Assembly: GCF_009914755.1 (NCBI RefSeq)
Contig: NC_060928.1
DNA from: the human T2T-CHM13v2.0 reference genome, Homo sapiens
Length of the DNA: 64,000 nt
Direction: 5' to 3' (one strand)
Shown piece by piece: positions 52,808 through 64,000 of the stretch (positions within the stretch are counted from its first letter, which is position 1; the number at the start of each line of letters is the position of its first letter). Position numbers and translations under genes: made by a program. The notes under the pieces were generated by a model that did no database searches, had not been told where the DNA came from, and saw only the letters and a list, made by a program, of their open reading frames with translations.

Positions 52808-53451
52808 TCAATAAGAAAAAAATTCCCATCTGAAAAATTACTACACATAAGTTAGTAATCAGTAGTTTTCATGTATTCATCAGCAACTAATTAGTCCAAA
52901 TGAAGATTGAGAAGCCACAAAAAAGATGAATTACATAGAAAAAATAATTTGAAACGAGAAAAACATATGAGAGAAAGGCTTCCCAATATTCATGAAAGAA
53001 ATAAAAGAAGATTTGAAACTTTGAGAAGCTATACAATGTATGTGGATAGTAAAAGTCAATATTGTAAAGACATCATTCTCTCTAAGTTAGCTTACAAATC
53101 AAAGGTAATTACAATTAAAATATCAATATGTTGTTTTTGTGGAACAAAACAAATTGAGTCTGAAGTTCACAAGGGACAGTGAAAAAAGAAAATACCCAGG
53201 AAAACTCTGAAAAGGTAGAGCAGTAATAGGAGGTTAGCCTTACTAAATATTAATATATGCTATAATACTTTAATATTTAAAACAGTGCAGTACTGCAGCT
53301 GCCTGTACACAGACCAATGTAACAGAATAGAAAGCCCAGAAATGGACCCAAATAAATGTGAGGATTTATTCTGCTTATTTAATAGATGGGATAAATTTGA
53401 CTGTTTAAAAAATGGTGCATTTGGGAAGTTACACAGACTGAGACAAAGCTA

Positions 53452-53802
<351 letters not shown>

Positions 53803-53815
53803 TACATGTAGTATG

Positions 53816-54171
53816 TGTATTTGTCTGTTTTCATGCTACCGATAAAGCTACCTGAGACTGGGATATTTACAAAAGAAAGAGGTTTAATAGACTTACAGTT
53901 CCATGTGGCTAGGGAGGCCTCACAATTATGGCAGAAGGCAAAGGGCACTTCTTACATGGCAGCGGCAAGAGAAAAGGACAGCCAAGCAAAACAGGTTTCC
54001 CTTATCAAACCATCAGATCTCATGAGACTTAGTCACTACTAGGAGAACAGTACGGGAGAAACTGCGCCCATGATTCAATTATCTCCCACCGGGTCCCTCT
54101 CACAACACACAGGAATTATTGGAGTACAATTCAAGATGAGATTTGGGTGGGGACACAACCAAACCCTATCA
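53816..54171 (-). mobile_element. THE1-type solo LTR
   Basis: tgtatttgtctgttttcatgct...aaaccctatca; perfect 5-bp TSD gtatg at 53811-53815 and 54172-54176. Confidence 0.9.
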
Positions 54172-55539
54172 GTATGCTAATAAGGCCACCTAACTACTAG
54201 AAGAAAACATCAGCAAACTTCTTCCTACGTGGTGTGAAAAATGTCTCTCTAACTGTGACTTCAAATCCAAGATCAACAAAATTAGAAAACAGAAAAATAC
54301 TAGCATATTTTATATATATATATATGATATGTAAAGCCTATTTTATATGTCTATATGGCATGGCAGTAAAGCCACAATAACAAAGTCCAGAAACAAATGG
54401 CGTCCTTGGAAAAGATATTTGCAACTTAGACATGAGTGGCTAATGTCCCTAATATGTAAAGATTCCCTAGAAATGGGAAAAGAACAACAGAGTCCAATTA
54501 GAAAGGCAGGCAAACTAAATGACTAGCAGATAACATGGAAAATAACCATAACAAATGGTCTTAAATATGAAAAAGTGCTCAGTATAAACATAAAAAGAAC
54601 AACACAATTTAAAACTATATTTTGATGTCACTTCACACCTATGTTAGAAGATGTCACAAATTTTGACGTTATAAATGGATACTCTTTGCATTGCTTATGA
54701 CCAAGGAAAAGTGTTACAATTGTCAGGTGAAGGGAAATTGGGCAATATTTATCAAAATTACAGCAGGTTCTCTTGGAAAATCTCTTCTACCATGGTGAAT
54801 GTGCCTTTGTGAAATAATACGAACACAATTTTATTCATTGTGACATTGTTTATAATAGGAAGAGATTAGAATCAACTTAAGTAAAAGATAGAGAAGGCTG
54901 AATTAAAGAGGGGAGGAGGTGAGAGAATTGGAGGCTAACACTAATCTATGAGAAGTTTTTGGAAACATGAGGCACCATGGAAAAGGAAGGACCATTCTTT
55001 TTCAATATTTTCATGAAACATCAAATATTTTCATGAAGCTAAGTTTATCCAATATAATTTTATTTTGTTTTCAATAGGCAAGGCATTCATTCATTCTTGT
55101 TTGACTCTTAATATTTTCTGATCATTCTTTTTGCCTGTCTTCATTTAATGCTTTTTGCAGGACTCTGAATTCTCCATCTAGAATATATTTTCAAATGAAA
55201 ACAATGATTTTGTTTGAAACAGTTGAACAACGTTTGAAAACAATGATTTTCAAAAATCAAATTTATATGAAAAGGAATATATTGGAATGATTCACTCCTA
55301 TTCTTAATTTCATCCTTCCAATTTCATATCAACTCCACACACACATGACCACTTTCATTATCATAAATCATATCATAAAAAGCTGGTCACTGCCTGTGGT
55401 TGAAATTTCTTCCCTCTCCAGTGAAACCTCCATGCTCTGGCAACATTATTTTCCTAAATGTCATGTCCTGTCACTTCCCTCCTCAAAAACTTTAAATTGT
55501 TCTGCATTGTCTTATTATTGTGAATGTTTTCTCATCTTC

Positions 55540-57945
55540 TTAAAATTGTGGTAAAATTCACAAGTAAAATTAGCCAACTTAAAGTGTGCAATTCAGTGGC
55601 ATTTAATAAACTCACAATGTTGTACAACCTTGGCCTCTATCTAGTTATAAAACATTTCCATCACCCCAGAGGAAGACCCCACACCCATTTAACAGTCACT
55701 CCTCATTCCCTAGAAATTTCCTAGTTTTTGGCAACCACTGATCTGTTTTCTGTTTCTGTGGATTTACCTATTCATATGAATGCAATCATGCAATTTCTTC
55801 CTCTCAGCATGTTTTTGAGTTTCATCCATATTTTAGCATATATCAGTTCTACATTCCTTCTTATGGCTAAATACTATTCCATTGTGTGGATATACCACAT
55901 CTTGTTTATTTACTCATCAATTGATGGATATTTGGTTTATTTCCTCCTGTTGTAAATAGCATGAGCATCCACAGACAAGTTTATGTTTGAATATCTGTTT
56001 TCAGTTCTTGTGGGTGCAGACTGAAGTGTAGAATAGTTGGGTCATATGGTAATTCTATGTTAAATTAAAAAAAAGCAAACCTGACCAAACTCTTTCCACA
56101 GTACATTCCCACCAGCAACGTACAAGGGTCTTAATTTCCACACATCTTTGTCAGTACTTGTTATTTTCCTTTTTTTAAAAAAATTATAGTCATCCACTTG
56201 GGTGTGAAATGTGGTTTTGATTTGCATTTCCTTAATGACAAATAATATTGAACTTTTTTTGTCTGCTCCTTCTTGGAGAAATGTCTATTCACATCCTTTG
56301 TTCATTTTTAAATTGGGTTGTTTATCTTTTGTCGTTGACTTGTAACTGTTCTGTATGTGTGGTGGATATTAGATTCTTATCAGATATTTTATTTGTAAAT
56401 ATTTTCTGCCATTCTGTATGTTATCTTTTCACTTTTTTAATCATGTCATTTCATGTGCTGAAGTTCTTAATTTTGATGAAATCCAGTGTATCTATGTTTT
56501 CTTTTGTTGCTGTGTTTCTAGTAACATATCTAAGAATCCTTCAGCAAATCTAAGGTCATACAGATTTAACTTATATTTTCTTGTGTTTCATAATTTTTAT
56601 TCTTACATTCAGGTTTTTGATTCATCTTGACTCAATTTTTATGCATGGTGTGAGGTGGAAGTCCAACTTCAATCTTTTTTATGTAGATAACTAGTTGAAG
56701 AGCGTATTCTTTTTTCAGTGAATAGTCTTATCACCTTTGTAAAAAAACAAATGGCCATAGATATATTGGCTTATTTATTTCTGAATCCTCAATCCTATTC
56801 CATTGATCTATATGTTTTCCACATATTAATACTACACTATTTTTATTATTGTACCTCTTAGTAAGTTTTCAAATCAGTAAGTGTGACTTCTCCAACTTTG
56901 CTTCTCTTTTTTAAGATTGTTTTGGTTCTTCGGGATCCCTTGCAATACCATATAAATTTTAGAATGAGCTTTTCCATTTCTATAAAAATATTATTGGGAT
57001 TTAATAGTGATTACATTGAATCTGCAGACCACTTTGGGTAGTATTGCCATCTTTAAAGTATTGTCTTCTGATCTATGAACATGGAATGTCTTTCCATTTA
57101 TTTAGGACTGTAGTTTCTTTCAACAGTGATCTATACTTTTCAGTGTACATGTCCTTCAACTATGTTGGTTAAATTTGTTTCTAAGTATTTTATTCTTTCT
57201 GATGTTATTGTAATGAGATTGTTTTCATAATTTATTTTAAGTTTCTTTATTGCTAGCATATATAAGTATAATTGAATTTTTAACATCAACCTTATATCCT
57301 GCAACTTTGCTGAACTTATTAGCTCTAACAATAATTTCTGTAAATTATTTAGGACTTTCTGTATATAGGATCATCTTTTTGTGAAAGGAAATAACTTTAT
57401 ATCTTCCTTTCCAATTTAGATGCATTTTATTTTTCTTTTCCTTCCTTCCTTCCTTCCTTCCTTCCCCTTCCTTCCTTTCCCTTCTTCCCTTCCTCCCTTT
57501 CTCTCTTTCTCTCTTTCTTTTGCCATAGTAGACAGCTAGAACTTTAGCACAGTGTTGAAAAGAAATGGTGAAAGTGGTATTCTTGTTTTGCTCCTAATTT
57601 TAGGAAATTTTTGTCTTTCACCGTGCATTAATATTGCCTGTGAATTTTTCAAAAATTCTCTTTATCACGTTGATGAAGTTCCCTTCTATTCCTACTTTGT
57701 TGAATGCGTTTCTCATGATATGATGTTGCATTTTGTCAAATGCTTTGTCTGCATGAGTTGAGATGATCATGTGGTTATGTGTTTTTTTTCCCTCCATCTA
57801 TTACTGTGGCATATTATATTATATACCTGGTAAAAATCCCACTTGGTCATGATGCATAATCCTCCTAATAAACTACTGGATTTGGTTTGCTAATATTTTG
57901 TTGAATATTTTTGCTACTATTTTGTTGAGGATATATTCATCCTTC
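55540..57945 (-). mobile_element. L1MB-type element (3'UTR and ORF2 part) with CT-rich simple repeat at 57433-57520
   Basis: aaattgtggtaaaattcaca...aagtgtgcaattcagtggcattt...; minus-strand ORF2-like peptide at 57140..57331. Confidence 0.85.
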
Positions 57946-58654
57946 TTCGGTAAAATAGAACAACCCTACTTTTCATATCCTCTTTTTCCAAATTTATTTC
58001 CTTTAAGGTTTTCTTCTCAAATTCTAGGGTGTCATATCAGTGAAAATGTATTTCAAAGCATCTGTCCTGACACAGTAGGCATTCCAAAAGCACTAGCTTC
58101 TCTCTCTTTGTTTCCTTCTCTCACCAAAATAATATATAGATAAATAAATGTCATTTTAAGAGTCTCATGACTGTTCAATAACCTTTGTTTTAAGGAGATT
58201 TCTGTCTACTCGAATTCCAACTCAAACCTCTCGATATAGGGCATATATCCAACCCCTAGATATATGTCTTCAACCCCTGGATATAGGGCCTATTTATATA
58301 ATATGTCAAAAAATATTTTCCCAAACCAATTAACACTTTTTCTGGGGAATTTTTTGAAGGATAAACTGCTGTGAGTTACTATGTTGAGAGGAAGTTTCTA
58401 GAAGGTAAAATGGAAGGGGAACTGACTGGGTTGCACATTCAACCCTTTCCCTATATTCTCTAAAATAAAGTGATTGTTCTGATCCATTTATGGTATACTT
58501 CAAGTTATAGTTAAAAGCAGATGCTACTCTGAGGCCACCTTAAAACTTACTCTATAACAGGATTTTATATAAGATCAAGCATCTTAATTTAACTTGTAGA
58601 GGTGATAAACCAAAACAGACCTCTGGCCCCCTGCTGAAATTAAAAAAAAAAAAA

Positions 58655-59732
58655 AGATTTTAACTTTTATTTTAGATTCAGAGGGTACATGTGCAAATTT
58701 GTTAAATGTACATATGCAAATTTGGGTACATTGCATGATGCTGAGATTTGGAGTATGAATGATTCAATCACTCAAGTAGTGAGCATAGTGCCCAAATAAT
58801 TAGTTTTTTAACCCTTGCCCTGGTCCCTCCTTCTCCCCACTAGCAGTCACCAGGGTCTATTATTGCCATCTTTGTGTCCATGTTTACCCAAAATTTAGCT
58901 CCCACTTATAAATGAGAACATGCGATACTTGGTTTTCTGTTCTTGCATTAATTGGCTTAGGATAATGGCCTCCAGCTGCATTCCTGTCACTGCAAAGAAT
59001 ATGATTTTTTTTCATGGTTACGTAGTATTCCATGATGTATATGTACCAAATTTTCTTTATCCAGTTCACTGTTGATAGGCACCTAGGTTGATACCATGTC
59101 TTTGTTATTGTGAAGAGTGCTCTGATGAGCATGAATGCATATGTCTTTTTAAATTTTTATTTATTTTTATTATTATTATACTTTAAGTTTTAGGGTACAT
59201 GTACACAATGTGCAGGTTAGTTACATATGTATACGTGTGCCATGCTGGTGTGCTGCACCCATTAACTCATCATTTAGCATTAGGTATATCGCCTAATGCT
59301 ATCCCTCCCTGCTCCCCCCATCCCACAACAGTCCCCAGAGTGTGATGTTCCCCTTCCTGTGTCCATGTGTTCTCAATGTTCAATTCCCACCTATGAGTGA
59401 GAACATGTAGTGTTTGGTTTTTTGTCCTTGCGATAGTTTACTGAGAATGTGTCTTTTTCTGTAGAAAGATTTATTTTCTTTGGGAGTATATACCCAGTAA
59501 TAGGTTTGCTGGGTTGCATGGTAGTTCTATTTTAAGTTCTTTGAGAAATGTCCAAACTGCTTTCCACAGTGGCTGAACTAATTTACATTTCCACCAACAG
59601 TATAGAAGCATTTCCTTTTCTCTGCAGCCTCACCAGCATCTGTTGTATATTTACTTCTTAATAATAGTCATTCTGACTAGTGTGAGATGGTATCTCATTG
59701 TGGTTTTGATTTGCATTTCTCTGATGGTTAGT
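58655..59732 (-). mobile_element. L1PA/PB-type 3' end interrupted by a younger L1PA
   Basis: ttagattcagagggtacatgtgca...gtgtgagatggtatctcattgtggttttgatttgcatttctctgatg. Confidence 0.85.
59151..59447 (-). mobile_element. ~300-bp 5'-truncated younger L1PA 3'UTR
   Basis: atactttaagttttagggtacatg...; flanks atatgtcttttt / atgtgtcttttt (TSD); GAG-type, not Ta 'ACA'. Confidence 0.88.
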
Positions 59733-60389
59733 GTAAGGTTTTTTATTGTTAAATTTCTTAGATTAGTAAAAGAAGTGTTATGGAATTTATGCAAATTTCA
59801 TGGCTCACTGATTAGAACCTTCCTGCTCTTATCTGAATAAAATGATCATGAGTAAAGACTATATTTTGAGGTTATGTATACTTGTCTCTTACTCTCTTTC
59901 TGTCCCTCTCTTTCTCATTTTCTGGCATTTCCTGGCTTACTTCTGAGGAGAAATCAAATTTTTAGGTAAATAAACTCATCTATTGTTGGTGGAAATTACA
60001 ATTACTTTGACCTTTCTGTGCATTGACTGTGTTTGCAATTCTAACACTCATGTTGATAACATGCTTTATGACAATTCCAAAAACTGAAGAAATGCCCTCC
60101 AATGTGTCAGCTTTCTTAAATCAACTTTAGTAAATGGATTTTTGTTTTTCTACATTACCACCTCTTCTAAAGGTCTCTGATACCATGTGGTTAGGAAAAA
60201 ATTTTCATATAATAGAATTGCTTCTGACCTTTTATCTTACCATACCCTCAAAATTATGCTAGGCTTTATATGCCATGGTGTGTGATATAAATTTATTTAT
60301 AGATGGAAGACCTTACTGTCATTTTTTCAGAAAATAATTCGCAGATATGATCATTTTCACAAATGAAGAAGTTAACATTCAATGAAAGA

Positions 60390-60800
60390 AATTATAGACA
60401 TGGTAATAAAAAAGTGCAGCTCTTTCTTCAAATGGAAAACTATAGACATTAAAAGTGTTATGAATTAAAAGAGACTTAAAAGGCAAAAACTAGATGTAAT
60501 AGGTGTACTTTTAATACTAATTCGAACAAATTCAACTGTAAATAGATAGATATTTTGAGGACCTTAGGTAATTTTGGATATGAATTGGATACTAAATTAA
60601 TTATTATTGAAAATAAATTATTACTGAGTTAGGTACAGTAATAGTATTATAGTTAGGTAGAAAAATGCCCATATCTTTTAGGGTGGTACCCTGATACATT
60701 AAGGTTTAAGATGTCAGTAAAAATAGAAACAAATGTTAAAAATAATAATTGTTACATCTGGGTGATAGGTGTATTCTGACATTTTTTATAATAAAGTTAA
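60390..60800 (+). mobile_element. Old L1ME/MC 3'UTR remnant
   Basis: gaattaaaagagacttaaaagg...ttttggatatgaattggatac...aatagtattatagtt...ataataaagttaaaa. Confidence 0.5.
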
Positions 60801-61221
60801 AAATGTCAATTAAAGTGTACGTGTTTAGTAAAGAGGGAAAATATTTTTGGTGAGATTTTTACTGAAAGCCTTTATTTTTTCTTTTAACATCAGAGAAGAT
60901 TTATATTTAGAATTCAGGAGCAATTTCCAGTGACAGATCACTTTAGCTTTTTCTGTCATTCAGTTAGAAGCTAGTGACATTTCAATCTGAATGAAAAATA
61001 CTCTGAAATTGAAGGACCACCAAAGCACTCCTGAATCTAACATATTTTAAATACAAATGATTTCTGAAATTAAAGTAATTGATGGCAAAATCTGGTGAGG
61101 AGGCTGTCTTAGTTTTTGTTTGCTCTTGTAAGGCAATGATGGAATATTCAGTAATGGCTGTGTTAGCAGTCTCTCTTTTATGGTTATTGACTCTGTCTTC
61201 CACAGCTTGCTGCAGTAGTAG

Positions 61222-62122
61222 TGATAGTGACATGAGACAGACAAATTCCTAGGCAGACAGGGATGGGTCCCTGGTGAAACCAGACCTTCAAGCCAAAGCC
61301 AGTTTAAAATTTGAAAACTGAGAGGCTAGTTCAGGATAGAGCCCACGACTGAAGTGAGAACTTCTATTCCTGTCTTACCTTCTCCCTCCATTGGTTCCTT
61401 CTGGATAATGTCTTTTAACCAGTCAAATTGTGCTTTTTCCAAGCTTGCCCATGGACCAATCAGCACACACTCCCTCATTCTAAGCCCATAAAAACCCCAG
61501 ACTCAGCCTCACAGGCAGCTATGTCTGCTTTTGGGGTTCCCTCTTGCAGCTGTGAGCTTTTCTTCTGTCACTCAATAAAATACTTCTCTGCGTTACTCAC
61601 TCCGTGATGTCCACGCACATCATTCATCTTGGTTGTGAGACAAGAGCCCAGAACTTGCTGAGCTGCAGACAATGGCAATAAAAGAGCTGTAACATGCTCC
61701 TGCTCATGGGACCACAGGAGAAAGAGAGCTGTAACACCCCCCACCCCACCACCTCACCAAGCTGCAGGAACAAAGAGCTGTGACATTTCTGGAGGCTCAG
61801 ATGTTGGGACTCCTTGAGCAAGAGCTGTAACACCTTTGGGGCACCACAGTTGCTATCATCTCTGAGTTTTTGGGTGCCACCATGTTCCCCTCATCTAGAT
61901 GCTGGCACCCACCATGGAAGCTGATCACGGCATGCCCAGTCCAGCAGTGGGCTGAATGTGGAGCTGTGGCAGGAATGGGATCTGAGTGGGCATGAGCCAA
62001 GCACAACCTGCAAGGCTGAGCAGGTAGAGTGAGCCCAGTGGGCCCAAGCAAGGCCGGATAGAGGCAGTGGTGGCTACAGAGATTTCCAGCTGACAAAGCA
62101 GCACTCATGAAATCCTGTAACA
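61222..62122 (+). mobile_element. ERV1 solo LTR (LTR27/LTR28/MER52 group)
   Basis: TGATAGTGACATGAGACAGACAAATTCCTAGGCAG...AATCCTGTAACA. CCAAT ~61457, CATAAAA ~61487, AATAAA at 61574 and 61677; 4-bp flanks gtag/ctag. Confidence 0.8.
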
Positions 62123-62589
62123 CTAGAGCCACACCCAAGTATGGACCAATATCAGGGTGGTAATTCTTCAAGATTAATATTCTGTTACAGGAATCACCAA
62201 GTCAAGTGGTACGGTCTACTGGCAGACAATCAAGTGCAGAATTTTCTCAGTTTGGTCATCCCAAATAATTAAGTCTAAATTCTGGAAGCCCAGGAGTGCA
62301 ACTTGGTGGATGGAATTAGGGCAAGTCAAGAGAACCTATTAAAAAGGAATTAAATTGAAGTAATAATTAAATCAAATTGTGGGCAACAGTCCTGCTTTTT
62401 TCCCTGCAATGTTATAGGATGTTTAGTTCTTCCCCTGAATAAATTATTCAAGGCCATATTCACCTTGAGCCCTCTTGCCTTTCTTTTCAAAATCTCCATA
62501 TTCTACTATAGTTCCAACAAATGGAAACCAGTATTACATTTTACATATTTTTAAGAGTTATTATGGCAGATTGAAATGAGCACAAGCTT

Positions 62590-63050
62590 TTGAGTTGGAG
62601 TCGGCCATGTTAAGTTTGTGTTGCAAGTTATACATAAAGGTGGAGTTATCCAGAAAGAAGTTAAAAATGTGGGACTGGAGATGGTGGTAGAAGTTAGGAT
62701 TGAAAATCTTAGAGGCAGGGGTTGAAACTGTAAAAATGAAAGAGGCCTGGTGGTGGGGGTAGAGTGTAGGATATAGAATAGTATGGAACACACATGTTTG
62801 AACCTAGATGAAAAGCTCCATTTAAAAATAGCTAGAGAAATGAAGCATGAAAATTAGCCTCTGAAGAAGTAGGAAAGGCAGGAGAAAAACAACATAACCC
62901 AGAAAACCCTAGCAGTACCAGAAGTAAATGGTTTAAAAAAATATTGCATTATGGAGATGTGAGCTATAGAAAGACTATTGAGGAGGTTGGAGAAACTACT
63001 ACTGAATCTGGCATTCAGGAGCTTATTGGTGATTCTCAAGGGAGGAAGAT
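62590..63050 (-). mobile_element. L2 fragment
   Basis: gccatgttaagtttg...gggactggagatggt...ctgaatctggcattcaggagcttattggtgattct. Confidence 0.5.
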
Positions 63051-63639
63051 TTAAGGTATGACTAATTAGTAATTAAAAATTCCACCCCTGCTCAAGAACA
63101 GTAAATAGAGTTTTGTTTTGTTTTTAAATTTGAGATGTTTGAGTACATTTATAGGTCAAGGAGGATTCACAGAAAGGGGAAGAATGATGATGCAAACAAA
63201 TGAAAAAAAGATGATGGATTCAAGAATTCAGAATGAGAAATTTTCTTGCAAGAGAGAAGGAGGAATATCCAAAGAAAATTTTAGTTTGCAAACTGAGGTG
63301 CTTATTTTGATATGATCTTTTTCTTCCTAGTGAAAATAAGAAGCTAGGAAGTTCTAATGAAGAGAAGGGGAGGTCATTTCAACAGCTATTAACAATTTTA
63401 AAATCTGTTTTATTTTTTCTTTAAGATTGGTGGAAGGCGTTTTAAGCTTTCATTTATAAAACGACTTGCCAAGATCACAAAGCTGGTATTAGAGCTGGCG
63501 CTAAGCAGTGTGGGGCTAGGGCTGGGAGTGATCATTGTATAGCAGTGAGTTTTTCTCTTCTTTTTATTTTCTTTTGTCTTTCTCATGTCTTTTTTCCTTC
63601 TTTCCTTTCTTCCCCCTTTCCTTCCCTTCTTATTTTCTT

Positions 63640-64000
63640 TTTTGAGTGGCTTTATTGAGGTACAATTATGAAATCACTCACTGTTTGTATAATTAGATGA
63701 TTTCTAGGAAGCTCATATAGCTGGGCAACCATCATTGCAATCTGGGTTTAGGTCATTCCTATTACTCCAAAAAGTTGCTGTGTGCCATTTGCAATCAGTT
63801 TCACTCCCAACCTCAGGCCCAGACAACCACAGATCGCTTTCTATCTCTATGGATTTGCTTTTTCTAAAAATTTCATTTAATGGAATCATAAAATATCTGA
63901 TCTTTTGCATCTGGCTTCTTTCTTTGCATTGTTTTTCAGGTTCATCATATAGCATGTATCAGTAGCTTTTTCCTTTTTCTTGCTGAATAATATTCTGTTG
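63640..64000 (-). mobile_element. Old L1 (L1MB-type) 3' end
   Basis: gctttattgaggtacaatt...ggcaaccatcattgcaatc...catttaatggaatcataaaatat... Confidence 0.8.

Noticed and set aside
61670-61835. CRISPR-like repeat-spacer array
   Set aside because: Eukaryotic LTR context, 13-bp repeats and no cas genes.

Overview
Primate (almost certainly human) intergenic DNA dominated by interspersed repeats. I found no intact host protein-coding exons, RNA genes or CRISPR arrays. Main elements: (1) 1-2850, minus strand: a HERV-W (HERV17/LTR17) copy that starts at R-U5, lacks U3 and has its PBS joined directly to gag, which indicates an L1-processed retrocopy of spliced HERV-W RNA. (2) ~9878-15085: a decayed retrocopy of ZBED1 (domesticated hAT transposase, DREF) that also carries a DHRSX-exon-1-like leader. 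It appears to interrupt an old L1 with no obvious poly(A) tail or TSD. By recall this is probably ZBED1P1 on 4q25 (not verified). (3) 40181-46350: a full-length L1PA3/4-type element with TSD, broken ORF1/ORF2, an open antisense ORF0 and the ~129-bp ZNF93-bound 5'UTR segment. (4) 47033-49737: a complete THE1-type MaLR provirus inside a four-level nest. The rest is about 28 Alu copies or fragments, solo LTRs, old L1/L2/MIR, DNA-transposon fossils and microsatellites. I see no convincing new biological system; the notable items are unusual retrotransposition products and rearrangement scars. Subfamily names come from memory of consensus sequences and need RepeatMasker/Dfam confirmation. Boundaries of old repeats are approximate.
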